This document shows, one piece after another, positions 1 through 11,447 of a stretch of DNA of 64,000 nucleotides. The translations under genes and the position numbers were made by a program. The stretch comes from an uncultured Actinomycetes bacterium (GTDB lineage Bacteria; Actinomycetota; Thermoleophilia; Gaiellales; Gaiellaceae). The stretch lies in NCBI GenBank assembly GCA_963814525.1, contig CAWFDH010000005.1:88786-152785 (forward strand). Reading direction: 5' to 3'. A model generated the notes under the pieces. That model searched no databases. It had not been told where the DNA came from and worked only from the letters and a program-made list of their open reading frames with translations. Position 1 is the stretch's first letter; every line of letters starts with the position of its first letter.

Positions 1-71
1 CGATCGGCAAGGGCCGCACAGGCGATTCCGAGCCCGATCCGCCAGACGAGATGCACGAAAATCGAGTATGC

Positions 72-1398
72 CTACGAGACGGAGAGCAGGTAGAGCCCGC
101 CGACCGTGTACGCGACCATCAGCCCGAGGAACGGGTACTGCGTGCGGAGCGCCCGGCCCGGTTCGTCGCGGAAGAGCGCCAGCGCGCGGTCGTGGGCGAG
201 CACGAGCCCGGCGACGTGGCCGACGATCAGCACCGTCACCTGCGTGTACCAGATCGTGTGCGGCGTGAAGAGCGCCACGCGCGGCGTGAAGTCGAGCGTC
301 CCGAAGATGTCCCAGCCCCAGCCGAACGGGTCGGAGACGAGCGGCACCATGAACTGGATCTGGACGGCGAACAGCGAGAAGTAGTGCGAGACGGCGTAGG
401 CGAGCGCGATCGGCACGAGGCTCGCGATGAACGCGCCCTGGAGCGGGAAGTCCGCGTGCGCGAGCCGCCCCGCCAGATACGCGGCGAGCACGTAGAGCCC
501 GGCCATCGCGCCCACGACGAACAGCAGGCCGGCCACGTTGAAGAGCGTTCCCTCGATGTCCCCCTGCTGGAGGCGCCGGTTCATCCACGGCGTCGTGCGG
601 CTGAACCCGTCGAACGCGACCGAGCCGAGCATCACGGCGACGAAGGCGATCGTCCCCGGCCAGGGATCGCGCAGGCGCGCGAGCCCGACGAACGGCGGGC
701 GCAGCAGCACCTTGCCCTCCTCGACGGCCAGCGGCGCGATGCGCGCGATCAGGCCGAAGTAGACGGTGAACGCGTCGGCCTTCGGGAACCACTGCGGCGC
801 TGCCGTAGAGGAGCGCGCCGATCCACGTGTACGCGCTGTAGATGAGGATCGCGAGCGAGAGCGCGCGCGGGTCGGACGGGTCGTAGAAGGCGAGCTCGAG
901 CGCCGCGAAGGCGAAGAGACCGACGGCGGCGGGCCAGCAGCCGAGCCGGTCCGGGTACACGAGCGGTTCCGACTGGCCGCCGAACCTGCCGCCCAGCCAT
1001 TCCGCGCCGTCGGCGGCGGCCTTCCACGGGTTGATCGTCGGCCAGACGTTCCCGAAGAGCGCCGACACGGCCGTGAGCCCGAGCCAGAACGTGATGTAGA
1101 CGAACGTCGGCGTGAGGTTTCCGAGCTCGGAGCGCTCGCCGACGAGGCCGGTCGTGAAGACGAGGAGGAGCAGGAACACCGAGAACGCGCCGAGCGCGAT
1201 CCGCAGGCCGCGCGCGAGCACGAAGCGCAGCCAGGCGAGCGTGCGCCCGCCGCGGTAGTCCTCCAGCACGGGGTGGCGCCACAGGAACGCGAGCGCCACG
1301 AACGAGACGACGATCACCGCGCCGGAGCCGTAGAGGAAGAGCCACTTCGGAACCGGGAGATCCCGGATGGTTCCGATCCCGTGCGCGAACAGGCTCAC
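72..1398 (-). CDS. polytopic integral membrane protein, function unknown (frameshifted in this assembly near 720-800)
   Basis: ORF 72..710 is rich in TM helices. Hand translation shows a second minus frame starting at GTG 1398 (MSLFAHGIGTIRDLPVPKWLFLYGSGAVIVVSF...ILIYSAYTWIGALLYGS). That frame stays open to the window edge, so it is absent from the track. The two hydrophobic frames join around 720-800. It starts 13 nt after the pruA stop, so it is probably co-transcribed. Confidence 0.5.
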
Positions 1399-1411
1399 GT
1401 GGAGGCGGGAG

Positions 1412-3046
1412 CTACTCGGACGAGAGGAACGGGTAGCGGTAGTCCTCGGGCGGGACGAACGTCTCCTTGATCGTCCGAGGGCTGACCCAGCGGATCAGGT
1501 TCCACATCGAGCCGGCCTTGTCGTTCGTCCCCGAGGCCCGCGCGCCGCCGAACGGCTGCTGGCCGACGACCGCGCCGGTGGGCTTGTCGTTCACGTAGAA
1601 GTTGCCGGCCGTGTAGCGCAGCGCCTCCTGGGCCTCGATCACCGGCTCGCGCTCGGCCGAGAAGACCGCGCCGGTCAGCGCGTAGGGCGCCGTGGCGTCG
1701 ATCAGCTCGAGCGTCGACTCCCACTCGCCCTCGGGGTAGACGTACGCGGTCATGATCGGCCCGAAGAGCTCGTCGCGGAGGAGCCGGAAGTTCGGATCCT
1801 TCGTCGCGATCACGGTCGGCTCGACGAAGAAGCCCTCGGAGTCGTCGACGCCGCCGCCGACCACGATCTCGCTGTCCTTGTTCGAGCGCGCCTCCTCGAT
1901 CGCCTCACGATGGGTCGCGAGCGCCTTGCCGTCGATGACCGCGCCCATGAAGTTCCCGAAGTCCGAGACGTCGCCCATCTTGATCGACCCGACCTCGGCC
2001 TCGAGCCGCTCGCGCAGCTCCGGCCACAGGTTCGAGGGAACGTAGAGGCGCGACGCGGCCGAGCACTTCTGGCCCTGGTACTCGAACGACCCGCGCACGA
2101 TCGCGGCCGCGAGCGGATCGACGTCCGCGGACGGGTGCGCGACGATGAAGTCCTTGCCGCCCGTCTCGCCGACGATCCGCGGGTAGCTGCGGTAGTCGGC
2201 GATGGTGCTCCCGATCGTCTTCCACATGCTCTGGAACACGCCGGTCGAGCCGGTGAAGTGGACGCCGGCGAGGTGCTCGCTCGCGAGGGCGGTGTCGCCG
2301 ATGTCGGCGCCGCGGCCGTAGACGAGGTTGATGACGCCGGGCGGAAGGCCGGCCTCCTCGAAGAGGCGCTGCACGTAGTAGGCGGAGAGCATCGCGGTCG
2401 ACGCGGGCTTCCAGATGACGGTGTTGCCCATGAGCGCCGGCGAGCTGGTCAGGTTGCCGCCGATCGCCGTGAAGTTGAACGGCGAGATCGCGAAGACGAA
2501 GCCCTCGAGCGGGCGGTACTCCATGCGGTTCCAGACGCCGGGCGACGAGATCGGCTGCTCCTCGTAGATCCGGTGCATGAAGGAGACGTTGAAGCGGAGG
2601 AAGTCGATCAGCTCGCAGGCCGCGTCGATCTCCGCCTGGTGGACGGTCTTCGACTGCCCGAGCATCGTGGCCGCGTTGATCGTGTCGCGCCACGGCCCGG
2701 CGAGCAGCTCGGCCGCGCGGAGGAAGATCGCCGCACGCTCCTCCCAGGGAACGCGGTGCCAGTCCTCCCAGGCCTCGCCGGACGCCTTGATCGCAGCCTC
2801 GACCTCCTTCGGCCCGCCCTGGTGGACGTCGGCCAGGACGTGCGTCTTCGCGTGCGGCATGACGGCCTCGGCGGTCTTGCCCGTCTGGACGTCCTCGCCG
2901 CCGATGACGAGGGGGATCTCGATCCGCTCGCCGGCCATCTCGCGCAGGCGGTTCTGGAGGCTCTCGCGCTCCGGCGAGCCCGGCACGTAGTCCCGGATGG
3001 GCTCGTTCACGGGAGGCGGCGGCCGGAAGACTCCTGACGGCGACAT
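1412..3046 (-). CDS. pruA: L-glutamate gamma-semialdehyde (1-pyrroline-5-carboxylate) dehydrogenase
   Basis: Intact 544-aa ORF with aldehyde dehydrogenase superfamily motifs (FNFTAIGGN, VHFTGSTGVF, GETGGKDF, EYQGQKCSA). The N-terminal PPPPVNEP...Y.PGSPER is typical of PruA/RocA-type P5CDH. Confidence 0.92.
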   Translation of the reverse strand: MSPSGVFRPPPPVNEPIRDYVPGSPERESLQNRLREMAGERIEIPLVIGGEDVQTGKTAEAVMPHAKTHVLADVHQGGPKEVEAAIKASGEAWEDWHRVPWEERAAIFLRAAELLAGPWRDTINAATMLGQSKTVHQAEIDAACELIDFLRFNVSFMHRIYEEQPISSPGVWNRMEYRPLEGFVFAISPFNFTAIGGNLTSSPALMGNTVIWKPASTAMLSAYYVQRLFEEAGLPPGVINLVYGRGADIGDTALASEHLAGVHFTGSTGVFQSMWKTIGSTIADYRSYPRIVGETGGKDFIVAHPSADVDPLAAAIVRGSFEYQGQKCSAASRLYVPSNLWPELRERLEAEVGSIKMGDVSDFGNFMGAVIDGKALATHREAIEEARSNKDSEIVVGGGVDDSEGFFVEPTVIATKDPNFRLLRDELFGPIMTAYVYPEGEWESTLELIDATAPYALTGAVFSAEREPVIEAQEALRYTAGNFYVNDKPTGAVVGQQPFGGARASGTNDKAGSMWNLIRWVSPRTIKETFVPPEDYRYPFLSSE

Positions 3047-3066
3047 CGAGGGGCATTCTATGGAGC

Positions 3067-3522
3067 GTGCAAGCGCTGGTGTACGAGGTACCGGGCTGGG
3101 GCGCGGGCGAGCTGTGGCTCGACGACGGCGTGGTCGTGAACCACGAGCTTCCGTCCGCGAAGCCGGTCCGTGGCTCCCGGGAACCGCATCCGCTGACCGA
3201 CCGGCTGCTCGCCTGGTTCGCGGGTTCCGGCGACCGTTTCAGCGACGTGGATCTCGAGCTCGACTGGTGCACGCCGCTCCAGCGCGACCTCATCCGCGAG
3301 CTGCGGAGGATCCCGCCGGGCCAGACGGTCACGTACGGCGAGCTGGCCGCGCTGGCCGGCCGGCCGAAGGCGCCGCGCGCGGGCGGGTCGATCTGCGCCG
3401 AGAACCGTTTCCCGATCATCGTTCCGTGCCACCGCGTCGTCTCGGCGAACGGCCTCGGCGGCTACGGCTCTCTCGGAGTCGAGTACAAGCGCCGCCTCCT
3501 CGACGTGGACGGCGCGCCGTGA
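3067..3522 (+). CDS. ogt: methylated-DNA--protein-cysteine methyltransferase
   Basis: 151-aa ORF with the active-site motif IIVPCHRVV and a TYGELA helix-turn-helix region. Its stop overlaps the whiA start (GTGA). Confidence 0.85.
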   Translation: MQALVYEVPGWGAGELWLDDGVVVNHELPSAKPVRGSREPHPLTDRLLAWFAGSGDRFSDVDLELDWCTPLQRDLIRELRRIPPGQTVTYGELAALAGRPKAPRAGGSICAENRFPIIVPCHRVVSANGLGGYGSLGVEYKRRLLDVDGAP

Positions 3523-4439
3523 GCCTGTCCGAGGATGTCCGCGGTGAGCTCGCGTCGATCGATCCGCGCAAGCCGTGCTGCCGGCTGGCGGAGCTGTCCG
3601 CGCTCGTGCGCGGCTCCGGGACGATCCACCTGCGCGGCGGCGGCCGGATCGGGCTGCACCTGGAGCTCGGCAGCCACGCGGTCGCGCGCCGGGCCGTGGC
3701 GCTGCTGCACGAGTACGACGTCCAGTGCGAGATCCGTGCCTACCGGCGCCAGGCGTTCGAGCACGAGACGCGGTTCGAGATCCACCTCGACGACGACGCC
3801 CGCTCGCTCCAGGTGCTGAACGAGGCCGGGATCGTCGGTGCCGGGCTCGCCCCGCTGGAGCGTCCGCCGGCGAGGCTGGTCGGCCGCTCGTGCTGCCGGG
3901 CGGCGTACCTGCGCGGCTCGTTCCTCGCGGCCGGTTCCGTGTCGGGGCCCGGGGACGCCCACCTGGAGCTGCGGGCGAACGACGAGGACGGCGCCGCGCT
4001 GCTCGCCGGCCTGGGGGCGAGGGACGGCTTCGCGCTCGGCGTCGCGGAGCGGCGCGGTCACGCGATCGCGTACGCGAAGGGCAACGAGACGATCGCCGAG
4101 CTCCTCGCGTTCCTCGGCGCGCAGGAGGCGGCGCTCCTCTTCGGCGAGCGCGCAGTCGTCTCGGCCACGAAGGCGAGAGCCAACCGACTCGCGAACGCCG
4201 ACCACGCGAACCTCCGCCGGTCGTCGGGCGCCGCCGAGGCGCAGCTGCGCGCGATCGAGCACCTCCGCGAGCAGGGCGGCTTCGAGCACCTCGACCCGAA
4301 ACTCCGCGAGGCGGCCGACCTGCGCGTGCGGCATCCGACGTCGTCCCTCAGAGAGCTCGCCGCGCGCTGCAAGCCCCCGGCGACGAAGGCCGCGGTCCAC
4401 CGCCGGCTGAGAAAGCTCCAGCGCCTGGCTGAGGCGTAG
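3519..4439 (+). CDS. whiA: DNA-binding sporulation/cell-division regulator WhiA
   Basis: The C-terminal ~306 aa of track ORF 2997..4439, from in-frame GTG 3519 (VSLSEDVRGELASI...CCRLAELSALVR...RAAYLRGSFLAAGSVS...ANRLANADHANL...SSLRELA). This shows a LAGLIDADG-like scaffold plus a C-terminal HTH. It sits in the conserved actinobacterial position upstream of gap-pgk-tpiA. Confidence 0.9.
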   Translation: MSLSEDVRGELASIDPRKPCCRLAELSALVRGSGTIHLRGGGRIGLHLELGSHAVARRAVALLHEYDVQCEIRAYRRQAFEHETRFEIHLDDDARSLQVLNEAGIVGAGLAPLERPPARLVGRSCCRAAYLRGSFLAAGSVSGPGDAHLELRANDEDGAALLAGLGARDGFALGVAERRGHAIAYAKGNETIAELLAFLGAQEAALLFGERAVVSATKARANRLANADHANLRRSSGAAEAQLRAIEHLREQGGFEHLDPKLREAADLRVRHPTSSLRELAARCKPPATKAAVHRRLRKLQRLAEA

Positions 4440-4446
4440 GAGCGGG

Positions 4447-4483
4447 CCGGAGGGGAAGCTCCGAGGACGACCTTCCCCTCCGG
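4447..4483 (+). terminator. stem-loop after whiA (12-bp perfect stem, 13-nt loop, no T-tract)
   Basis: CCGGAGGGGAAG-N13-CTTCCCCTCCGG, 8 nt after the whiA stop. The I-shaped, T-tract-less form is common in high-GC actinobacteria. Confidence 0.5.
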
Positions 4484-4668
4484 ACTTGGGCCGCGCTCAG
4501 GACCTAAGGCGTCGGACGGGGTCTGAATCCAACACCGGACGAGCACGGCTCCGCTCGACGCCGAGTATGACGGATCGAACCTTGGCGTCATAGAGACCGT
4601 AGAGGCCGGTTCCTCGCAAAATGCGCGGTCGATACACTCGCCCCGTTCCGGCTAACGAGGAGGTTCGG

Positions 4669-5667
4669 GTGAGCGTGAAGGTTGGGATCAACGGCTTCGG
4701 CCGGATCGGGCGGAACTTCTTCCGCGCCGTCCGCGCGAGCGGGGCCGACGTCGACATCGTCGCGGTCAACGATCTCGGCGACGCGAAGACGATGGCGCAC
4801 CTCCTCAAGTACGACTCGGTGCTCGGTCCGCTGGGCGTCGACGTCGAGGCGCGCGAGGGCGCGATCGTCGTCGACGGCAAGGAGATGCGGCTGCTGAACG
4901 AGCGCGATCCGGCCAATCTTCCCTGGAAAGAGCTGGGTATCGACGTCGCGCTCGAGTCGACCGGCTTCTTCACCAAGCGCGACCAGGCGCAGCTCCATCT
5001 CGACTCGGGCGCGCAGAAGGTCGTCATCTCGGCGCCGGCAACGGATCCCGACGTCACGCTCGTGCTGGGCGTCAACGACGACGCCTACGACCGCGAGCAG
5101 CACTCGATCATCTCGAACGCCTCCTGCACGACCAACTGCCTCGGGCCGGTCGCGAAGATCCTGAACGACGCGTGGGGAATCGAGTCCGGATTCATGACGA
5201 CGATCCACGCCTATACGAACGACCAGCAAATCCTCGACCTGCCGCACTCAGACCTGCGGCGCGCGCGGGCGGCTGCGATCAACCTGATCCCGACCTCGAC
5301 CGGTGCGGCCAAGGCGATCGGGATCGTGATCCCCGAGCTGAACGGCCTGGTGGACGGCGTCTCGATCCGTGCTCCGGTCTCGGACGGCTCGCTCGTCGAC
5401 CTCACTGCCCACCTCGGCAGCGAGGTCACGGCAGACGAGGTGAACGCCAAGTTCCTCGAGCTCGCGGACAAGGGCGCGCTGAAGGGGATTCTGCGCTACT
5501 CGGACGAGCCGCTCGTCTCCACGGACATCGTCGGGAGCTCGTTCTCGTCCATCTTCGACTCGCAGCTGACGATGACGCGCGGCCACGAGGTCAAGGTGTT
5601 CGCCTGGTACGACAACGAGTGGGGCTACTCGTCCCGGCTCGTGGATCTCGTTCAGCGGCTCCTCTAA
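4669..5667 (+). CDS. gap: type I glyceraldehyde-3-phosphate dehydrogenase
   Basis: [17 protein letters not shown] Rossmann N-terminus and the catalytic [10 protein letters not shown] motif. GTG 4669 lies 6 nt after AGGAGG; the track ORF begins earlier, at 4621. Confidence 0.93.
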   Translation: MSVKVGINGFGRIGRNFFRAVRASGADVDIVAVNDLGDAKTMAHLLKYDSVLGPLGVDVEAREGAIVVDGKEMRLLNERDPANLPWKELGIDVALESTGFFTKRDQAQLHLDSGAQKVVISAPATDPDVTLVLGVNDDAYDREQHSIISNASCTTNCLGPVAKILNDAWGIESGFMTTIHAYTNDQQILDLPHSDLRRARAAAINLIPTSTGAAKAIGIVIPELNGLVDGVSIRAPVSDGSLVDLTAHLGSEVTADEVNAKFLELADKGALKGILRYSDEPLVSTDIVGSSFSSIFDSQLTMTRGHEVKVFAWYDNEWGYSSRLVDLVQRLL

Positions 5668-6698
5668 TGCATCGCCCGAGGTCGGTTCGCGACGCCGACG
5701 TCGCGGGGAAGCACGTGCTCGTCCGCGTGGACTTCAACGTGCCGCTCGAGGACGGGAAGGTCGCCGACGACACGCGGATCCGCGCGGCGCTTCCCACGTT
5801 GGAGCTGCTGCTCGAGCGCGGCGCCTCGGAGCTCGTGCTGTGCTCGCACCTGGGGCGCCCGAAGGGCAATGACCCCGAGCTGTCGATGTCGCTGATCGAG
5901 CCTCGCGTGCGCGAGTTGCTGCCGCGCGGAAACTGGCGGCTGCTCGAGAACACGCGCTTCGACCCGCGCGAGACGAAGAACGATCCGTCGTTCGCCGCCG
6001 AGCTGGCCGAGCACGGCGACCTCTACGTGAACGACGCGTTCGGCTCGGCGCACCGGGCGCACGCGTCGACCGAGGGCGTGGCACATCTGCTCCCCGCGTA
6101 CGCGGGACTGCTCATGGAGCGCGAGCTGGAGGAGCTCGGCTCGCTTCTGGAGGATCCGGCGCGCCCGTTCGTCGCCGTGCTCGGCGGCGCCAAGGTGGCG
6201 GACAAGATCGGCGTGCTCGAGTCGCTCGGCGAGACAGCGGACGCGATCCTCGTCGGCGGCAAGATGGCCGAGGAGGTCGATCGCGACGCCGGGTTCCGGC
6301 TTCCGTCCGACGTGGTCGCGGCCGCCGAGTTCGACGCGGACGCGGAGTCGAAGGTCACGGCCTGGGACGAGGTTCCGGACGGCTGGCTCGGGCTCGACAT
6401 CGGCCCTGCAACGCGTGAGGCCTTCGCCGCGGAGATCGCCAAGGCGAAGACGGTCTTCTGGAACGGCCCGATGGGCGTGTTCGAGTGGCCGCGGTTCGCC
6501 GAGGGCACGAAGGCGGTTGCCGAAGCGGTCGCCTCCGCGGACGCGCACACGGTCGTGGGCGGCGGCGACTCGGTGCGCGCGATCGAAGAGCTCGGCCTGG
6601 CCGAGAAGATCGACTGGGTTTCCACGGGCGGCGGCGCGTCGCTCGAGCTGCTCGAGGGCAAGGAGCTTCCGGGCGTACTCGCGATTCCAGCCGCCTAG
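5667..6698 (+). CDS. pgk: phosphoglycerate kinase
   Basis: In-frame ATG 5667 overlaps the gap stop (TAATG). Motifs seen: [34 protein letters not shown]. Confidence 0.93.
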   Translation: MHRPRSVRDADVAGKHVLVRVDFNVPLEDGKVADDTRIRAALPTLELLLERGASELVLCSHLGRPKGNDPELSMSLIEPRVRELLPRGNWRLLENTRFDPRETKNDPSFAAELAEHGDLYVNDAFGSAHRAHASTEGVAHLLPAYAGLLMERELEELGSLLEDPARPFVAVLGGAKVADKIGVLESLGETADAILVGGKMAEEVDRDAGFRLPSDVVAAAEFDADAESKVTAWDEVPDGWLGLDIGPATREAFAAEIAKAKTVFWNGPMGVFEWPRFAEGTKAVAEAVASADAHTVVGGGDSVRAIEELGLAEKIDWVSTGGGASLELLEGKELPGVLAIPAA

Positions 6699-6731
6699 CC
6701 AAGCGGTCGCTCGTCTGCCAAAGTCCGGGCC

Positions 6732-8622
6732 GTGCGCGGGGCGCTGACGCTAACGGCCGCCGTTGCGATCGGGCTTCTCGCCCCCTCGCCGGCCACGGCT
6801 GCGACCTTCAAGGTCGACTGCAAGAAGCAGAACCTCCAGAACCGGATCAACGCCGTCCCGGCCGGCTCCGTCCTGCTCGTCAAGGGGACGTGCGGGCATG
6901 TGGACATCGCCAAGAACATCACGATCGACGGCAACCCGACGGCGACGATCAGCGGCAAGGGCGTCGACCGGGCAGTGACGATCACCGGCTCGCCGACCGT
7001 GAGGCTCACGGATCTGCGCATCACCGGCGGCAAGATCGCCGCGCAGCTCGCGAACGGCGGCGGGATCTCCCATCCGGGCGGGCTCCTCGTGCTCCGCCGG
7101 ACGGTCGTCACCGGGAACCTCGTCGATGCGAGCTCCGCGGTCGGAGCGCTCGCCCAGGGCGGCGGGATCTACTCGACCGGCGGCACGCTGCGGCTCTTCG
7201 ACTCGGTCGTCTGGAAGAACACCGCACGGGCGACCACGCCCACCGGCGCCTCGGCGTACGGCGGTGGGATCATCCACGGCGGGAACCTGCTGCTCGACCA
7301 CTCGACCGTCTCGCGAAACCGCGCCCAGGCCCAGACGACCACCTCCTCGGGCGCCATCGCAGGCGGCGCTGGGATCTTCTCGACCGAGGGCACGGTCACC
7401 GTCAAGTCCTCGCACCTGGACAGGAATGTCGGGACGGCGAGCGGCACCGGCGGGGCGACGTACGCCAATGCCTACGGCTCCGGGCTCGTGATCGGGAACT
7501 CCGCGGCGGTCTCGATCACGGGATCGACGCTGAGCAAGAACCAGGCGCTGACATCCCTTGTCGGCGGCATCAGCACGTCCGAGGGCGCCGGCCTGGAGGC
7601 CGGGAACGTGACCCGGATGACGGTCAAGAACACCGTGTTCGCGGGGAACGTGGCCCGGGCGACTTCTTCGGCGAGCGCGACCACGGACGCGCGCGGCGCC
7701 GGCGCGCACATCTCGAGCTCCACCAACGTGTCGTTCACCGGATCGCGGGTCACCGGCGGCCGCATCGTCTCGACCACCTCCGGCACGGCGACGGGATCCG
7801 CCGGGGGCCTCTCCATCTCGGGCACCGGGATCACGCTACGGAACTCGCTCGTCGCCTCGAACACCGTCGCGGCCACCGCGGGCGTTGGCTCCGCGACGGC
7901 GGAGGGCGGAGGCTTGCTGCTCCGGTCGAGCTCGAGCCTGCAGCTCGTCCAGTCGACGGTGCGTGAGAACCGTGCCGACTCGACTGCGCCCGGCGTTGCG
8001 GTCTCGACGGGCGGCGGAGTCGCCTCGTTCGCCTCGGTCGTGACAGTGCGCCAGTCCACGCTGAACGCGAATGTCGCCGGGACGTCCGGGCAGGCGCTCG
8101 GCGGCGGCCTCTTCCTGAACGCGGGCGGCCCGCACGCGGTTCTGAACTCGACGCTCTCCGGCAACAGGGCGAATGGCTCGACGGCCCGCGGCGGCGCGCT
8201 CGACGTCGACACGACGCTCTTCGGTCACGTCGACGACGATCGCTCGCAACAGCGCCAAGCTCGGCGGCGGGATCTACGTGGAGGGCGGCACGACGACGCT
8301 CCGCGCGACGCTGCTCGGGCTGAACACGGCTCCGTCGGGCCCGAACTGCAGCCAGAGCGTCGCCTCGGCCGGACGTAACCTCGTCGCGAGCACGCTCGGG
8401 TGCACGTTCGCCGCGATGGGGACGGACAAGACCGGACTCGCGCCGAAGATCGGCCAGCTCAAGGCGAACGGCGGGCCGACGCAGACGATCGCGCTTCTCA
8501 CGGGGAGCCCGGCGCTGAACGCGATCCCGAAGGCGCAGTGTCCCGTCACGCGTGACCAGCGCGGCGTGAAGCGGCCGCAGGGCTCGCGCTGCGATATCGG
8601 CGCGTACGAACGTCGGCCGTAA
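6732..8622 (+). CDS. secreted parallel beta-helix repeat protein with a choice-of-anchor-Q-like C-terminus (one frameshift near 8222)
   Basis: Signal peptide (MRGALTLTAAVAIGLLAPSPATA) followed by about 20 degenerate GGG(I/L)-x-N-x-G-x-L beta-helix turns. After the frame change (track ORFs 6732..8378 and 8173..8622) the C-terminus reads ...DQRGVKRPQGSRCDIGAYE. Confidence 0.7.
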
Positions 8623-8631
8623 GATCCACCC

Positions 8632-9347
8632 GTGCTGATCGCCGGGAACTGGAAGATGTTCAAGGGCCCGCCGACGCCGGGCAGTTCGCACACGCGCTGC
8701 GGGAACGGCTCGACGGGGTGACCGGAACCGACGTCGCCGTCTGTCCGCCCAAGGTGTCCCTCGCGCCGGTCGTCGAGGCGCTCGCCGGCTCCGAGATCAC
8801 CGTCTACGCGCAGAACGTCCACTGGGCCGACGAAGGCCCGTTCACCGGGGAGACCTCGCCGCCGATGCTGCTCGAGCTCGGCGTCGACGGCGCGGTCGTC
8901 GGCCACTCGGAGCGGCGCCAGTACTTCGGCGACACCGATACGTCCGTCGCACGGAGGGCCCGGCATGCGCTCGCAGCGGGGCTGAAGGTGATCGCCTGCG
9001 TCGGCGAGACCGAGGAGGAGCGGGAGGCCGACGAGACCGAGATCGTCCTGCGGCTTCAGGTCGAGGCGATCGGCGATGCGACGCAGGCGCACGAGAATCT
9101 CGTCCTGGCCTACGAGCCGGTCTGGGCGATCGGCACCGGCAAGACGGCGACCCCCGAGACAGCGCAGGAGGCGCACGCGTTCATCCGCTCGATCCTCGAC
9201 GTGCCCATCCTCTACGGCGGCTCGGTCAAGCCGGAGAACACCACCGAGCTCATGGGGCAGCCCGACGTGGACGGCGCGCTCGTCGGCGGGGCCTCGCTCG
9301 AAGTCGACTCGTTCGCAGCGATTTGCGAAGCGGCGGCGTCCCTCTAG
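8632..9347 (+). CDS. tpiA: triose-phosphate isomerase (one frameshift near 8665)
   Basis: GTG 8632 gives VLIAGNWKMFKGP. Homology then continues in the frame of track ORF 8718..9347 (AYEPVWAIGTGKTA, YGGSVKPEN). Confidence 0.88.
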
Positions 9348-10799
9348 TCGCGCTGGTCGTCCTCGACGGCTGGGGCTTGGCGCCGCCCGGGCCCGGCAAC
9401 GCCGTGGAGCAGGCCGCGACGCCGGTGTTCGACGACCTCTGGGCGCGCTATCCGCACACGACCCTCGAGGCGTCGGGCCACGCGGTCGGGCTTCCCGAGG
9501 GGCAGATGGGCAACTCCGAGGTCGGCCACCTGACGATCGGCTCGGGCCGGGTCGTCTACCAGGATCTCGTGCGCATCAACCGCGCGATCGAGGACGGCAG
9601 CTTCATGGAGAACGAGGCGCTCGTCGCGGCGTTCCGCCGGGCGAAGGAGCGCGGCGGCAACGTCCACCTGCTCGGGCTCGTCTCCTACGGCGGCGTCCAC
9701 TCGCACATCGACCACCTGCGCGCTCTGCTCGACCTCGCCTGGCGCGAGGGGATGGACGAGCGCACGTACGTCCACGCGTTCACCGACGGGCGGGACGTGT
9801 CGCCGACGTCCGCGCTGAAGGACATCGGCGAGCTGGTCGAGGAGCGGGCGCAGATCGCCACGGTCGTCGGCCGCTACTACGCCATGGACCGCGATCAGCG
9901 CTGGGACCGCACCGAGCTCGCGCTCGCGGCCATCACTGAAGCCGGGCCCAATGCGGAGGATCCGCTCGCCGCGATCGACGCGAGCTACGCCGCCGGGGTC
10001 ACCGACGAGTTCATCGAGCCGATCGTGCTCGCGACGCCGCGCCTCGGCCCGGACGACGCCGCGATCTTCTTCAACTTCCGCCCGGACCGGACGCGGCAGC
10101 TCTCGCAGAAGCTCCTCGAGCTGAAGACCGACCTGACGACGATGACGCGCTACCGCGAGGACTTTCCGTTCCCGGTCGCGTTCGACGAGCAGACCGTCTC
10201 CGAGACCATGGCCGAGGTGCTCGCCGAGCACGGCGCGCGCCAGCTCCACGTCGCCGAGACGGAGAAGTACGCGCACGTCACGTACTTCTTCAACGGCGGC
10301 GAGGAGAAGGAGTGGGAGGGAGAGACGCGCATCCTCGTGCCCGTCGCCGCGCGATGTCCCGACCTACGACCTGAAGCCGGAGATGTCCGCCGACGAGGTG
10401 GCCGACCGCTTCTGCGCCGAGATCGGGAACGGCTACCGGTTCGCGATCGTCAACTTCGCGAACCCGGACATGGTCGGCCACACGGGCTCGATCCCGGCCG
10501 CGGTGAAGGCGGTCGAGACCGTCGACGCGTGCCTCGCTCGCGTGGTCGCCGCGGTCCACGAGGCCGGCGGAGTCTGCCTCGTCACGGCCGACCACGGGAA
10601 CGCCGAGCAGCTCCTCGAGGCCGACGGCACGAGCCCGCATACCGCGCACACGCTCAATCCTGTGCCGCTCGTCACGACCGTCGAAGGAGGTGAACTTGCA
10701 ACAGGCGGCACGCTCGCAGACCTCGTCCCGACGGCTCTGGACCTGCTGAACCTCCCTCGGCCGGAGGAAATGTCCGGCAAATCCCTAATGATTCGCTAA
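9323..10799 (+). CDS. gpmI: 2,3-bisphosphoglycerate-independent phosphoglycerate mutase (one frameshift near 10337)
   Basis: LDGWGL, GNSEVGHLTIGSGR, SYGGVHSH and YAHVTYFFNGG are in track ORF 9323..10693. After ...ILVP the homology (DVPTYDLKPEMSADEV...NFANPDMVGHTG...ADHGNAE) continues in ORF 10383..10799. Confidence 0.88.
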
Positions 10800-10802
10800 C
10801 GA

Positions 10803-11447
10803 TTGAGCCGAAGAGAGCTTTCTATACTGGCGTTCTTTACTGCGGAAAAAACACCAGGCGTGCCTCTCCCTCAACCCGACTTCTCACTTCTTCGCAAGGC
10901 ACAGCGAGGAGACGAGCGCGCCTTCGCCGTCATCGTCCGCGCCTACGAGCTGCCGGTCTTCAACTACGTGCTGCGAACGGTGAACGACCGGGCGCTCGCC
11001 GAAGACCTCACGCAGGACATCTTCCTCCGCGTCTACCAGGGCCTTCCGGGCTTCTCGCTGCGCTGCCGTTTCACTACGTGGCTCTTCCAGATCGCGAAGA
11101 ACCGGATCCTCGACGAGCTCCGCGCCCGCGATCGCCGGCCGCACGCGACCGTGCAGATCGAGGACGCTCCGCACCTCGACGTGGTCGACGCTCCGCCGGA
11201 GCGGGTCGAGACGATCGACGCCCTGTGGCGCGCGGTCGCGGCGTTGAACGAGGACCTGAAGATGGCCGTGCTCCTGCGCGACGTGGTCGGGCTCGCGTAC
11301 AGCGAGATCGCCGACGCGCTCGAGATCACGCTCGCCACGGTCAAGTGGCGCATCTACAAGGGCCGCGAGGAGATCCAGCTCGCGCTCGCCCGCGACGGCA
11401 TCACGCTCGACCAGCAGACCCCCGCCGCCAAAGACGTCACCGTCTAG
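10803..11447 (+). CDS. ECF-type RNA polymerase sigma factor
   Basis: Region 2 (DLTQDIFLRVYQGL...FTTWLFQIAKNRILDELRAR) and region 4 (LLRDVVGLAYSEIADALEITLATVKWRIYKGREE). It has a TTG start and an N-terminal extension of about 30 aa. No anti-sigma gene is adjacent. Confidence 0.85.
   Translation: MSRRELSILAFFTAEKTPGVPLPQPDFSLLRKAQRGDERAFAVIVRAYELPVFNYVLRTVNDRALAEDLTQDIFLRVYQGLPGFSLRCRFTTWLFQIAKNRILDELRARDRRPHATVQIEDAPHLDVVDAPPERVETIDALWRAVAALNEDLKMAVLLRDVVGLAYSEIADALEITLATVKWRIYKGREEIQLALARDGITLDQQTPAAKDVTV

Noticed and set aside
1349-1376. Nested inverted repeat CGGAACC...GGTTCCG with an inner GGGA/TCCC pairing
   Set aside because: It lies inside the N-terminal coding sequence of the membrane protein (GIGTIRDLPVPK). 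It has no regulatory context and is probably incidental.
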